Shown here: in pieces, positions 34,677 to 43,309 of the stretch | Numbering within the stretch: position 1 is the stretch's first letter | How the letters are laid out: the number at the start of each line of letters is the position of its first letter | IMG/VR virus record: IMGVR_UViG_3300046459_000427 | Coordinates: 32,001-96,000 of that record | From: a virus | Strand: one strand, 5' to 3' | Length of the DNA stretch: 64,000 bases | Program-made: the position numbers and the translations under genes | Notes under the pieces: generated by a model | The model's database searches: none | Told to the model about the DNA's origin: nothing | The model's input: the letters and a program-made list of their open reading frames with translations, nothing else

Positions 34677-35119
34677 TACATTGCTCCGATCAGGGTGGTG
34701 GGTACGGCCGGGAGCATGCGTCCCTTGCTGCCGTAGATCAGGTGGTTTTCGTTGTCGAAGATCGCGGCGACGTCCGGCATGTGCGCCAGGCGGCGGGCCA
34801 GCTTCTTCGGTTCGTCGGCCCAGATGCGGCCGATGGGCAGGCCCTCGATGTCCAGGCGCCATTCCAGGGCCTCGGCGAACTCGTCGCCCAGGTAGGTGAT
34901 GACGTCGACCGAGTACCGGTGGCGCCAGACCGTGTCCCAGATGACGTGGGCCAGCGGCTCGTTGATCTCGTAGGCCTTCACCGCGCGCTTCCACTGGTGT
35001 GCCCGCCGCGCCACGGCTTCGCCAGCTCGGGTGCGGGAGGTGGGCAGGTTGCCCAGGAGGCCTTCGAAGACGACGACCAGGCGCGGGGAGACCTCGTTGC
35101 TTATGTCCCCGCCCTGCAT
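34676..35119 (-). CDS. HAD-like hypothetical protein
   Basis: RLVVVFEGLL, VDVITY; similar pattern to 7220-7723. Confidence 0.55.
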   Translation of the reverse strand: MQGGDISNEVSPRLVVVFEGLLGNLPTSRTRAGEAVARRAHQWKRAVKAYEINEPLAHVIWDTVWRHRYSVDVITYLGDEFAEALEWRLDIEGLPIGRIWADEPKKLARRLAHMPDVAAIFDNENHLIYGSKGRMLPAVPTTLIGAM

Positions 35120-35364
35120 CAGGTTCGCTCCGCGTCCGCGCGGAGCCAGATATGAAGCCGGTTGCCCCGGACCTCGCGCCGGTCGCTGTAGCGGAAGGGC
35201 CGGAAGCCGAGGCTCTTGGCGCGGGCCCAGGCCAGTCGCTTCAGCAGGCTGACGGTGTGCTGCTGTTCGGGGAACCGTCCGGTCGCCGTACCCGGGATCT
35301 CGTCTTTGTAGACAACTGACAAAACCTCGTCCTCGAAGGGGAGGACCATCTGCTCATGCTGCAC
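35119..35364 (-). CDS. hypothetical protein
   Basis: 81 aa ORF coupled to neighbours; N-terminal QMVLPF. Confidence 0.65.
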   Translation of the reverse strand: MQHEQMVLPFEDEVLSVVYKDEIPGTATGRFPEQQHTVSLLKRLAWARAKSLGFRPFRYSDRREVRGNRLHIWLRADAERT

Positions 35365-36013
35365 GGCGGTCTCCTCCGACGATCGTGAGGTGGGTGAAGG
35401 CCTCCTGGATGAAGGAGCCCATCGTGGGGTTGTAGACGGCGCCCCACTCCCGGGGCGGGAGGTTCGAGGTCACCAGGGTGGGCAGGGCCTCGCGGTGGCG
35501 CTGGCGCAGGAGGGTGTCGAGCAGGCCCTCGGCGTAGCCGGTCTTGGTGCGGTGCTCCTTGCCGACGTCGTCCAGGAGGAGGACGGGGGCCTTCTCGGCC
35601 GCGACGATCTTGTCCTGGATCTCCCACCAGCGGGCGACGGCTTCGGGCTCGTGCCGGTCCTGGAGGCCCATCTTCTCGATGGAGTCCTTCACGAAGTCGG
35701 CGTAGGCCAGCCAGTGGACCGGCAGGCGCTTCTCGAAGTAGACGTCCAGCAGCGTGGCGGTGGCCAGGGAGGTCTTGCCGGTGCCGGGCGGGCCGACGAA
35801 CAGCAGCCCCTTGCCGATGGCGCTCCAGTCCTCGGGGTACTGGTCGAGCGGGCGCTTGTCGGTGACGTAGTGGTCGCGCAGGTCGTCGAGCCAGGTCTGG
35901 CAGACGGCGCGCTGCGGGGCGTCTCCCAGGGCCTTGAGCCGCAGGTGGCGGTAGTGCGCCGGGATGCCGTACTCCTTCAGCCGCAAGGCGTGGACGCGGG
36001 GGTCTGTCGCCAT
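35354..36013 (-). CDS. dnaC: DnaC/IstB-like AAA+ helicase loader
   Basis: GPPGTGKT, LLLDDVGKE, LRQR...PTLVTSN; ATG 36013 after AGGAGG. Confidence 0.88.
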   Translation of the reverse strand: MATDPRVHALRLKEYGIPAHYRHLRLKALGDAPQRAVCQTWLDDLRDHYVTDKRPLDQYPEDWSAIGKGLLFVGPPGTGKTSLATATLLDVYFEKRLPVHWLAYADFVKDSIEKMGLQDRHEPEAVARWWEIQDKIVAAEKAPVLLLDDVGKEHRTKTGYAEGLLDTLLRQRHREALPTLVTSNLPPREWGAVYNPTMGSFIQEAFTHLTIVGGDRRAA

Positions 36014-36096
36014 GGTGGGTACCTCCTGTGGTGGTGGGTCAACGCTCAGCAGGCTACCACAGTTATTGCTTCTTGAATACGGCTTCGGAACGAGTA

Positions 36097-36126
36097 AGGG
36101 GCGGACCGCCGTAGCAGCCCGCCCCT
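36097..36126 (-). terminator. hairpin after initiator gene
   Basis: AGGGGCGG / CCGCCCCT inverted repeat. Confidence 0.5.
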
Positions 36127-36135
36127 GTAGGTCGG

Positions 36136-37143
36136 TCAGGACCAGTAGTCCTCGTTGAACCGGTTGTCTTCCATCGCGCTGGCGGCCTTGCCCAGCCTCT
36201 GGGCCAGCAGCCCACGGGCGGCCAGGAAGTCCTTCCAGGCGACCACGTTGTCCGAGCGCTGCCAGGACGACGACCAGTAGGTGATGATCATCTGCCGGAT
36301 CTCGTCCCGCTCCATGCCCTGCGCCATCCACCGGCCGAAGTTGCCGGTGAGCGCCGAGAGGTTGGTCGTTCCGGGTACCGGATGGCCGACCTCCTGGGCT
36401 CTCTTGTCGAAGAACAGCGCCAGTTCCTCTGAAGGCCTCTGGGAGCGCTTCTTGGGAGGCCGCCGGACCGGAGGGGCCGGGGAGTCCTCCGAGGCCGGGA
36501 GATCGCCGTAGAGAGTGAACGACGGGGTGTTCTCTTCCAGAGCCTGCGAGACCACGTAGGCCGGGTCGAGTTCCATCTCCGCCTGAGCCTGCTCCTCGGC
36601 CACCTGCTTCCGGGACTTCTTCCGGCCGCCACGCTTAGGTGCCGCGACCGCTCCCCAGCCCTTGGCTCCCGGCCTGGTCACAGGTTCCTCTTCCAGGGCG
36701 TCGCCCTGGAGATACGAAGTATCTCTATTACTTCTAGTAGGGATATTGGGGTTGGATGAAAGATCTGCACCCTGCAAATTTTGCAGGGGGGTCTTGTCCT
36801 GATTTGGACCATGCAAATTCTGCATGTCAACTACTCCCGCAACCGGCGCTTCGAGCCACTCCTCCACGGGGCGAATCCTGCGGACCACGGACGCGTACAG
36901 CGCGGCCTCGGGCGGCGCTTCTGCCTTCGGCACGGCCTCGATGATGCTCCGCTTCTCCAGGTTCCGCAGACAGTTGTAGACGCTGCGTTCGGACATGCGG
37001 GTGCGCTTGGCCAGGGTCTTGACGGACTCCCACATCATGCGGTGGTCGTCTCCTGCCGCGTCTGCGATACGCAGCAGCACCAGCAGGTCTCCATTGCCGA
37101 CGGGGGCGTACTGCCACACCTCGGACATGATCAGGATGCTCAC
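36136..37143 (-). CDS. replication initiator-like protein with N-terminal winged HTH
   Basis: LLVLLRIAD...WESVKTLAKRTRMSERSVYNCLRNLEKRSII; upstream of dnaC/dnaB/primase. Confidence 0.8.
   Translation of the reverse strand: MSILIMSEVWQYAPVGNGDLLVLLRIADAAGDDHRMMWESVKTLAKRTRMSERSVYNCLRNLEKRSIIEAVPKAEAPPEAALYASVVRRIRPVEEWLEAPVAGVVDMQNLHGPNQDKTPLQNLQGADLSSNPNIPTRSNRDTSYLQGDALEEEPVTRPGAKGWGAVAAPKRGGRKKSRKQVAEEQAQAEMELDPAYVVSQALEENTPSFTLYGDLPASEDSPAPPVRRPPKKRSQRPSEELALFFDKRAQEVGHPVPGTTNLSALTGNFGRWMAQGMERDEIRQMIITYWSSSWQRSDNVVAWKDFLAARGLLAQRLGKAASAMEDNRFNEDYWS
36709..36826. other. putative replication origin (palindromic iterons + AT-rich tract) inside initiator gene
   Basis: CCCTGCAAATTTTGCAGGG (36770-36788), CATGCAAATTCTGCATG (36810-36826), GAGATACgaaGTATCTC (36709-36725), AT-rich tract between. 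Confidence 0.65.
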
Positions 37144-37238
37144 TCGGCGGCTCCGAGCAAGCGATAAGTATGAAGCGATATCCCCATGCTAGGGTCTCTC
37201 TCATCTCGGGGTTTGTGGTGGGCCTCGGGGTGTGGTGG

Positions 37239-37298
37239 GCAAAGGCCCCCGGCAGTGGCTTGAAGGTCTTGAACCTCGCCAGCGCCGGGGGCCTTTGC
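37239..37298 (-). terminator. 15-bp stem hairpin
   Basis: GCAAAGGCCCCCGGC / GCCGGGGGCCTTTGC perfect inverted repeat. Confidence 0.75.
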
Positions 37299-37303
37299 GT
37301 TAC

Positions 37304-38533
37304 TCACTCCGTGTCGAAGTCGAGGCCCTTCTCCTCGATCTCCGCCCGGGTCAGGTGGACGACCTTCTGTCCGGCCGGTATCCGGCCACGGCCGCGACGG
37401 CTGTAGTTGCCCTTGTCGTCGACCAGGAATGCGAACGTCTTGGACTCGTCGCGCGGACGGCCACGGCGGCGCGGCTTGTCCCCGGACTCCTGCTCCTCGG
37501 ACTGCTCGGGCTTCTTCGCTTCCTCGTCGTGGACCTTGTCGGCCACGATATGAAGCGCCTTGGCGAGCAGTTCCGTCAGCGGGCGCTCACGCACCTCGTC
37601 GGACTGGTTGGCCAGCGCGTTGCGCTCGTCCTCCAGGCGGAGGTACTTGTAGGCACCCTCCAAAGCGGAGCCGATGAGCAGCAGGTCGATCTCCGGTTCG
37701 GCGACCGGCTTGGTCTCCCGCTGGGCCTTCTGTGCGGCCTGGTTGACCTGACGCTCCAGGTCCTCGTCCTTCTCCTGCTCCGCGATGTCCTGCTCGACCG
37801 GGTCCGCCTCGGGCTCCGGCTCGGGCTGGGTCTTGCGGCGCGAGCGGCCACGCTTCGGCTCTTCGGGCTCCGGCTGCGGTTCCGGCTTCGGTTCGGGCTT
37901 GACCTCGTCGTCCTCGGTCAGCGGCTCCTCTTCCACCTCGACCGGCTCGGGCTCGGCGCGGCGACCGCGACGGCGGCCACGCTTCGGCGCCTCCGGCTCG
38001 GGCTCCGGCTCCGGCTCGGGAGCGGGGGCAGCCTCGGGCTCGCTGGCGAAGGAGATGTCGTCGAGTCCGGCGGTGAGGTCCTTGGCCTTGATCCCGGCGG
38101 CCTCGGCCGCGTCGAGGAGGAGTTCGGCTTCCTCGCTGCCCTCGTCGCCCCACAGGAGGATGACGTGGGCGTCGCCCTGGGTGTCGGCGTTCTTCAGCAG
38201 GTCGACGATCCCGGCGGTGACGTTGGCCGTGCGTACGACTTCTTCGGCGTCCTTGAGGATGCTGTCCACGGCACGGCTCTTCTCGCCGTCGGTGACCGCG
38301 ATGAACGGGATGTCCGCGTACTCCGACCACTCCAGCACGGCCTCCAGGCCGTCGGACAGGTGCTTCTTGGTGATCGGGAGGATGAGGGTGACTTCGCGCT
38401 CGGTGGGCTCGGGGAAGCCGTCGGCGTCGTCCTCGCCGAGGCCCACGAAGTCGTTCAGCAGGCCCTTGATGTTGTCGATGTCGGTGTCGGCGGAGCCAGC
38501 GAAGGCAAGGGCGATGGGGTCGATGCTGCTCAA
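37304..38533 (-). CDS. acidic PE-repeat protein with AT-hook/Lsr2-like motifs
   Basis: TTG 38533 after AGGAG; PEPE tracts; RRRGRPR and RGRGRIPA near the C-terminus. Confidence 0.75.
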   Translation of the reverse strand: MSSIDPIALAFAGSADTDIDNIKGLLNDFVGLGEDDADGFPEPTEREVTLILPITKKHLSDGLEAVLEWSEYADIPFIAVTDGEKSRAVDSILKDAEEVVRTANVTAGIVDLLKNADTQGDAHVILLWGDEGSEEAELLLDAAEAAGIKAKDLTAGLDDISFASEPEAAPAPEPEPEPEPEAPKRGRRRGRRAEPEPVEVEEEPLTEDDEVKPEPKPEPQPEPEEPKRGRSRRKTQPEPEPEADPVEQDIAEQEKDEDLERQVNQAAQKAQRETKPVAEPEIDLLLIGSALEGAYKYLRLEDERNALANQSDEVRERPLTELLAKALHIVADKVHDEEAKKPEQSEEQESGDKPRRRGRPRDESKTFAFLVDDKGNYSRRGRGRIPAGQKVVHLTRAEIEEKGLDFDTE

Positions 38534-38611
38534 GTCTGCTCCTGGTGTGGTGTGTTTGCCGCCTCGATCGGCGACGAGGAAGACGTTACCGGTTACGGCT
38601 TCTAAAAGCAA

Positions 38612-38640
38612 GAAATCCCCGCTTGTCTAGCGAGGATTTC
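38612..38640 (-). terminator. hairpin at end of structural/lysis operon
   Basis: GAAATCCCCGCT / AGCGAGGATTTC inverted repeat. Confidence 0.6.
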
Positions 38641-38654
38641 AAGTGGCTTGACAA

Positions 38655-38939
38655 TCAGGGCAGGTCAGGAACCCGCCTGCCGGTGGCCGGGTGCCGTCGG
38701 GGAAGCCGCAGCGGTGGGGCCTCCGTCCCCCCGCGCACCTGGAGATGCAGCCACGCCACCGCTCCGGCAGCCGCCACGGCCGCGAGCCACGGCACGGGAA
38801 GCCGCTGGGCCTCGTAGGCCAGGCCGACCACCGCGAGCGGCTGGAGACCGGCAGGCAGGGAGAAGGGCAGGACCACCAGCAGCCACTCCCACGCGGTGAA
38901 CGTGGCGAGGGCGATCAGCACGAAACGCAGCCAGTCCAT
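38655..38939 (-). CDS. small membrane protein (lysis accessory?)
   Basis: hydrophobic 94 aa ORF after holin-like gene. Confidence 0.65.
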   Translation of the reverse strand: MDWLRFVLIALATFTAWEWLLVVLPFSLPAGLQPLAVVGLAYEAQRLPVPWLAAVAAAGAVAWLHLQVRGGTEAPPLRLPRRHPATGRRVPDLP

Positions 38940-38942
38940 GAC

Positions 38943-39440
38943 TCAGACCGTCCTCGTGCCGAGTCCGCCGACCTTCGGCAGCACCGTGGTCGGTGGCGCC
39001 GGGTGCGCGGTGCGCAGCAGGACACCCTCCAGGGCCGTGACGATCTGCTGGACGGCTTCGGGGCTCAAGGTGCTGGTAGGGGCGGTGACAGCCTCTTCGG
39101 TGTACTCCTCGACCGTCCCCGCCGGGATATGAAGCCGGGCCTCCGCCTCGGCGACCAGCGTGTTCTGGAGCCGGGCGAACCAGGAGTACTTCTTCAGCAA
39201 CGAGTGGTAGAAGGTCGTGCCCGACACCCAGGCCAGGAACGCCGCGACGACCGCTGGCGCCCAGTAGAAGTGCTCGGGGTGGGCCTGGTAGACGGCCCAG
39301 AAACCCGTGGCGACCGCGAGGACGGCATGTGCCGCGCCCTTGACCGTGCTGTTGGTGGACGGCTTGGAGAACAGGGCGACCACGGCCGGTAGGCCAAGGC
39401 CGACGACGAGGGATGACACGTCGGCGTAGTTGGTGAACAT
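38943..39440 (-). CDS. holin-like membrane protein
   Basis: three TM segments, position after tail genes. Confidence 0.65.
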   Translation of the reverse strand: MFTNYADVSSLVVGLGLPAVVALFSKPSTNSTVKGAAHAVLAVATGFWAVYQAHPEHFYWAPAVVAAFLAWVSGTTFYHSLLKKYSWFARLQNTLVAEAEARLHIPAGTVEEYTEEAVTAPTSTLSPEAVQQIVTALEGVLLRTAHPAPPTTVLPKVGGLGTRTV

Positions 39441-39463
39441 GCTTGTCCTTTACGGGTTCGCGG

Positions 39464-40687
39464 TTACTGGGTGGGAAGTACGGCAAATTGGGGAAGCGCG
39501 GCACTGATTCCCAAAGGCGTATTCTCGTCGAGCAGCGTGCGGATGAGGTAACTCCGCTCGACCCGGTTCTCGTAGTAGTAGGAGCGGGACAGGTTCGTCG
39601 TACCGCCGGTCTCCCACAGGTAGTCCGCGCCCATCGAGCCGTCGAAGTACGGGCGGACGGTGTCACCTTCCTCGACGAGGACGCCGTCGATCCAGTAGAC
39701 GCTGGGCTGGTTGGGCGTCATCTTGTCGTAGGGGACGCTGAAGCCCATCCACACCGTGTCGATGTTGGCGGTGAAGGTGACCCACAGGCGCCGCCAGCGC
39801 TTGTTGCGCGGGTCCGGCGTGGCGGTGTCGAAGGTGTTGCGGTCCACCAGCGTGGAGCTGGACCCGGACGTCCACGCGTAGGTACGCCCGCAGTACTGCG
39901 CCTGGTAGGCGTACGCGCTCATGGTGTAGCGGCGGCCGGGGATCAGGCCGGTGACCTTGAAGTTGAATCCCCCGTTGACACCTTGCAGGTTTGCCGGGAC
40001 GGTCACCTTGCAGGACTGTGTACCGCCCCAGTGGACAGAGTCGGCCGCTACGGTCGCGGTGTTGAGGACGCTCATCCCCGAGACGCCGCTCTCGAAGTTC
40101 GGGTTGGGGGCGTAGTTGAGCCGGGTCGGTTTGATGATGACGTTGATCGTGCGCGCGTTCTGGTAGGCGCTCGGTCCCGTCGCGGCCAGCGGCAGCGGCT
40201 CGAACTGCACCGCGTCGAGGATCTGGTGCTTGTTCGCCGACATGTTGTTGAACTTGAACCCTACAGCCGCGTAGGCGGCCCTCTTCCAGGCGTAGCCGCC
40301 CCCGGAGACCAGGTAGCTCCCCGGGCCGGTGAACGCGGCGTACGGGCGCGTGTAGGTGCCCGTAGCGCCCGAGGTGAGGGCGCCGCTGGTGATGCCGATG
40401 CGGGCCATGGCCGGGTCGACACCGAGGTAGGGGTAGTGCGCGAAGTCCTTGAACGCTGCGGCCGGTGACTTGACGCCCGCCTTGAGGTGGCCCTGTACCA
40501 CCATCTGCCCGGCCTGCGGCTGGAGCGGACCGGAGCGCGGGATCTTGATGACCATGCTGCCCTGGATGCTGGCGTCGCCGGTCAGGGTTGGCGCGTACGT
40601 CCTGAACTGCTTGATGACGACGCTGCCGGAGACCCCGAAGACGGGTGCGAAGTCGTCATCGTTCACGAAGATGATGTTGTTCGGCAT
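39464..40687 (-). CDS. minor tail protein with carbohydrate-binding-like domain
   Basis: NYAPNPNFESG, GLIPGRRYTMSAY, WIDGVLVEEG...YFDG. Confidence 0.75.
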   Translation of the reverse strand: MPNNIIFVNDDDFAPVFGVSGSVVIKQFRTYAPTLTGDASIQGSMVIKIPRSGPLQPQAGQMVVQGHLKAGVKSPAAAFKDFAHYPYLGVDPAMARIGITSGALTSGATGTYTRPYAAFTGPGSYLVSGGGYAWKRAAYAAVGFKFNNMSANKHQILDAVQFEPLPLAATGPSAYQNARTINVIIKPTRLNYAPNPNFESGVSGMSVLNTATVAADSVHWGGTQSCKVTVPANLQGVNGGFNFKVTGLIPGRRYTMSAYAYQAQYCGRTYAWTSGSSSTLVDRNTFDTATPDPRNKRWRRLWVTFTANIDTVWMGFSVPYDKMTPNQPSVYWIDGVLVEEGDTVRPYFDGSMGADYLWETGGTTNLSRSYYYENRVERSYLIRTLLDENTPLGISAALPQFAVLPTQ

Positions 40688-42669
40688 CAGGTGACCGCCA
40701 TTCCGACCTTGGTGGCGGTGCTGAGGTTCGAGTCAGTGATCGAGAGCACCTGGGTTCCGTTCCTTTTCACGATGATGTTCGCGCCGGAGTACGCGGCGGT
40801 GATCCGGTCACCGTCGGCGAAGGTCTGCGAGTAGGGGAAGGTCGACGCAACCGCGCCGGAGGCCACGCGGTACAGCGCGGTGCGCCCGGCCCGCCAGTAG
40901 TTGGAGGCGTCCTGGAGCCGGAAGACGACACCCTGCTTGAGGGTGTTGCCGGGGTTGGTCAGGAACGTCGCCGACACAGTGCCGTCCGCATGGCCGGGGA
41001 TGGTCGCGATGGAGGCCGTGGCTCCCACTGGGTAGGCGGAGCCGCCCCCATAGCCGCCGGAGGTCCACTGCCCCAGCGTCTCGGTCCACGAGGCCGCACC
41101 GTAGTCCGTGGTGCGGGTGGTCCAGTCGGCCCAGCCCTGGGTGAAGGAGTCGAAGACGTTGTAGGCGGGGAGCGCGTCGGAGTACAGAGCGGTGATCAGC
41201 GCGCCGTGGTCGTCGTAGTACTCGACGAACGGGTACACCGCGACCTGCTCGCCGGAGTAGGCCTGTGCGTAGCCGGACAGGCACATCTGGACACGCTCGT
41301 CATACGCGAGCGGCTGCCACTGTGTGTTCGCGGTTGCCGTGGCTGGCGGGGAGACGTTGATGCTCGTCGTGAGGGCCCGATAGGTGCGGCCGTGGAACAG
41401 CACCAGGTCACCGGGCTGGTAGTAGACGTCGTTGTCCCAGTCCTGGTAGGCGTACGGGAGCGGGATGCCCCACAGCACGGGCTGCTGGGGGTCCATCGAG
41501 GACTGGCCGGAGACGCGTCCCACCGAACGCACGGCCATCGTGGCGACCGAGCTGCCGGAGTTGGTGTTGCGGACCCACAGGGCGTTCCCGGCCTTGTCGT
41601 CGGGGTTGGTCGGGTTCTGCACGCCGATGCCCACCAGGACGCCGTTACTGCCCGGGGAGACGCCCGTGGTGAAGGAGATCTCCTCCCACCCCGCCACGTG
41701 CCCGTTGCTGTCTACGAGGGTCGTGTCGGTGCCGTAGGTGACGGCGTTCCAGTAGGTGTTGTTCGTGGCCGTGCCGGAGGGCTTCTGCGCCGTGCCGTAG
41801 GCGCCGCTGCTGTTGGCCTTGTAGAGGTAGGTACCGAACGCGACGATCTCGCCGGAGGCGTAGTTCACGCCGGAGTCCCACTGCGGGAACGTGGGGTGGT
41901 CGAAGTCTGCCTGGTCGTCGGACAGCATGAGGTTGCTGCCCAGACTCAGGTCGGCGTCGTAGCCGGTGGTCTCGGAGATGATCGAGCGGATCTGCTCCAG
42001 GGTGCCCTTCTGCCGCCCGAGGGTGGCCGCGTCCCGCACGCGCTGGCGGAAAAGGTACGCGGGTGTGGATGCTTCGTACTGGATACCGAACTGCTCAGCG
42101 ATCTGCGCGACGTTCTCGTAGCGCGTGTGCATGGCGTCGTTGGTGTACCGGTTGGAGTCGTAGTAGCTCTTCACCATGTCGAAGCCGAAGCCGAAGATGG
42201 CGAGGAACGGCGCGAGGTAGGGGTTGAGCGTGTTGGAGTCGTCGGTGACGTTGTTGCCGGGGGCGACGTCGACCTTGTAGTAGTCGGGGACCAGCGAGTA
42301 GAGCAGGTCGGTGTAGCCGTTGTCCTTCGGCATGAGGGTGGAAACGGTGCCTGCACGGCTCCACAGGCCGGAAGCCTTGATGAAGATGGTGTAGTACAGC
42401 CAGTGTCCCCCGACAACTCCCTTGTCGATGAAGGAAGTTGCGGTGTGCGTCTGGTCGAGGAGGATCTCACCGTCGTTCTCGTTCACCGCCCAGCCGTAGC
42501 GGTTGCGGATCAGCCGCAGGGTGTCCCAGGACCCGGCCGGTGCCTTCCAGTCCAGGAGCACGGTGGAGTAGTCCACGGGCATGGCTGTGAACGGGCTGAC
42601 GTCGAACTCGGGATGGACGTCCGTCCCGTACTTCGAAAGCCCGTAGAAGTTGATTCCGTAGGTCGCCAC
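40687..42669 (-). CDS. baseplate wedge/tail protein with two CBM5/12-like modules
   Basis: LYSLVPDYY, RQKGTLEQI wedge motifs; WDSGVNYASGEIVAFG and WDNDVYYQPGDLVLFHG. Confidence 0.75.
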   Translation of the reverse strand: MATYGINFYGLSKYGTDVHPEFDVSPFTAMPVDYSTVLLDWKAPAGSWDTLRLIRNRYGWAVNENDGEILLDQTHTATSFIDKGVVGGHWLYYTIFIKASGLWSRAGTVSTLMPKDNGYTDLLYSLVPDYYKVDVAPGNNVTDDSNTLNPYLAPFLAIFGFGFDMVKSYYDSNRYTNDAMHTRYENVAQIAEQFGIQYEASTPAYLFRQRVRDAATLGRQKGTLEQIRSIISETTGYDADLSLGSNLMLSDDQADFDHPTFPQWDSGVNYASGEIVAFGTYLYKANSSGAYGTAQKPSGTATNNTYWNAVTYGTDTTLVDSNGHVAGWEEISFTTGVSPGSNGVLVGIGVQNPTNPDDKAGNALWVRNTNSGSSVATMAVRSVGRVSGQSSMDPQQPVLWGIPLPYAYQDWDNDVYYQPGDLVLFHGRTYRALTTSINVSPPATATANTQWQPLAYDERVQMCLSGYAQAYSGEQVAVYPFVEYYDDHGALITALYSDALPAYNVFDSFTQGWADWTTRTTDYGAASWTETLGQWTSGGYGGGSAYPVGATASIATIPGHADGTVSATFLTNPGNTLKQGVVFRLQDASNYWRAGRTALYRVASGAVASTFPYSQTFADGDRITAAYSGANIIVKRNGTQVLSITDSNLSTATKVGMAVT

Positions 42670-42673
42670 GGGA

Positions 42674-43309
42674 TCAGGCCTCCCGCAGCATCGCTGCGCT
42701 CAGTTGCAGACTCTGGAGCGAGAGCGTCTTGCCCTTGAGCGGGTGGAAGACAGACAGGTCGATGGTCTTGCCTGCGGAGACCCACCCCTGCCAGCCGATG
42801 TGCATGTGGCTGTTGCCATCGGAGATCGGCGGGAGGTCCTGGGACATGATCGTCGACTTGTTGACCGCGATGTTGATCTGCCGGTCGGCGCCGGTCGCGA
42901 GGGAGCCCTTGGCGTTGAACCACATCACGCGGCCGAAGACGATCCACCAGCCGGTGCGGTTGGCAGTGATCGAGTGCCCGTTGAACAGCCCCTCGGGGTC
43001 GGACGCGGCGGCAGGCTTCGCGAAGGTGATGTACTTCGTCGCGTCGCCCTTGACGGAGTCGGCCGACTTGGAGAGATAGCAGGCTGGCAGGCCCTTGCCC
43101 CGCTGGATCGAGTCGAGCCGGGAGGCGACGGAGGCCCAGGAGTTGGTCTTCATCTTCAGCGCCGTGTCCTGGTGCGGGTTGATGCCCAGGGTCTGCTGAA
43201 TGGCCACGACCTCGTCCTGGAGGTTGTTCACGTGGCTGGCGTCGATGTCCTCGACGAGGTTCTTGTGGACGGTGAACGACTTGTACTGGTGTGGGTAGAC
43301 GGCGGCCAT
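42674..43309 (-). CDS. minor tail protein
   Basis: ATG 43309; IDASHVNNLQDEVVAIQQTLG. Confidence 0.75.
   Translation of the reverse strand: MAAVYPHQYKSFTVHKNLVEDIDASHVNNLQDEVVAIQQTLGINPHQDTALKMKTNSWASVASRLDSIQRGKGLPACYLSKSADSVKGDATKYITFAKPAAASDPEGLFNGHSITANRTGWWIVFGRVMWFNAKGSLATGADRQINIAVNKSTIMSQDLPPISDGNSHMHIGWQGWVSAGKTIDLSVFHPLKGKTLSLQSLQLSAAMLREA

Noticed and set aside
35354-36013. IstB-like ATPase as an IS21 element
   Set aside because: No IstA transposase or terminal repeats; lies between initiator and DnaB, so a helicase loader.
29895-38653. Plus-strand TTGACA at 29895 and 38648 as antisense promoters
   Set aside because: No -10-like hexamer at 16-18 nt spacing.
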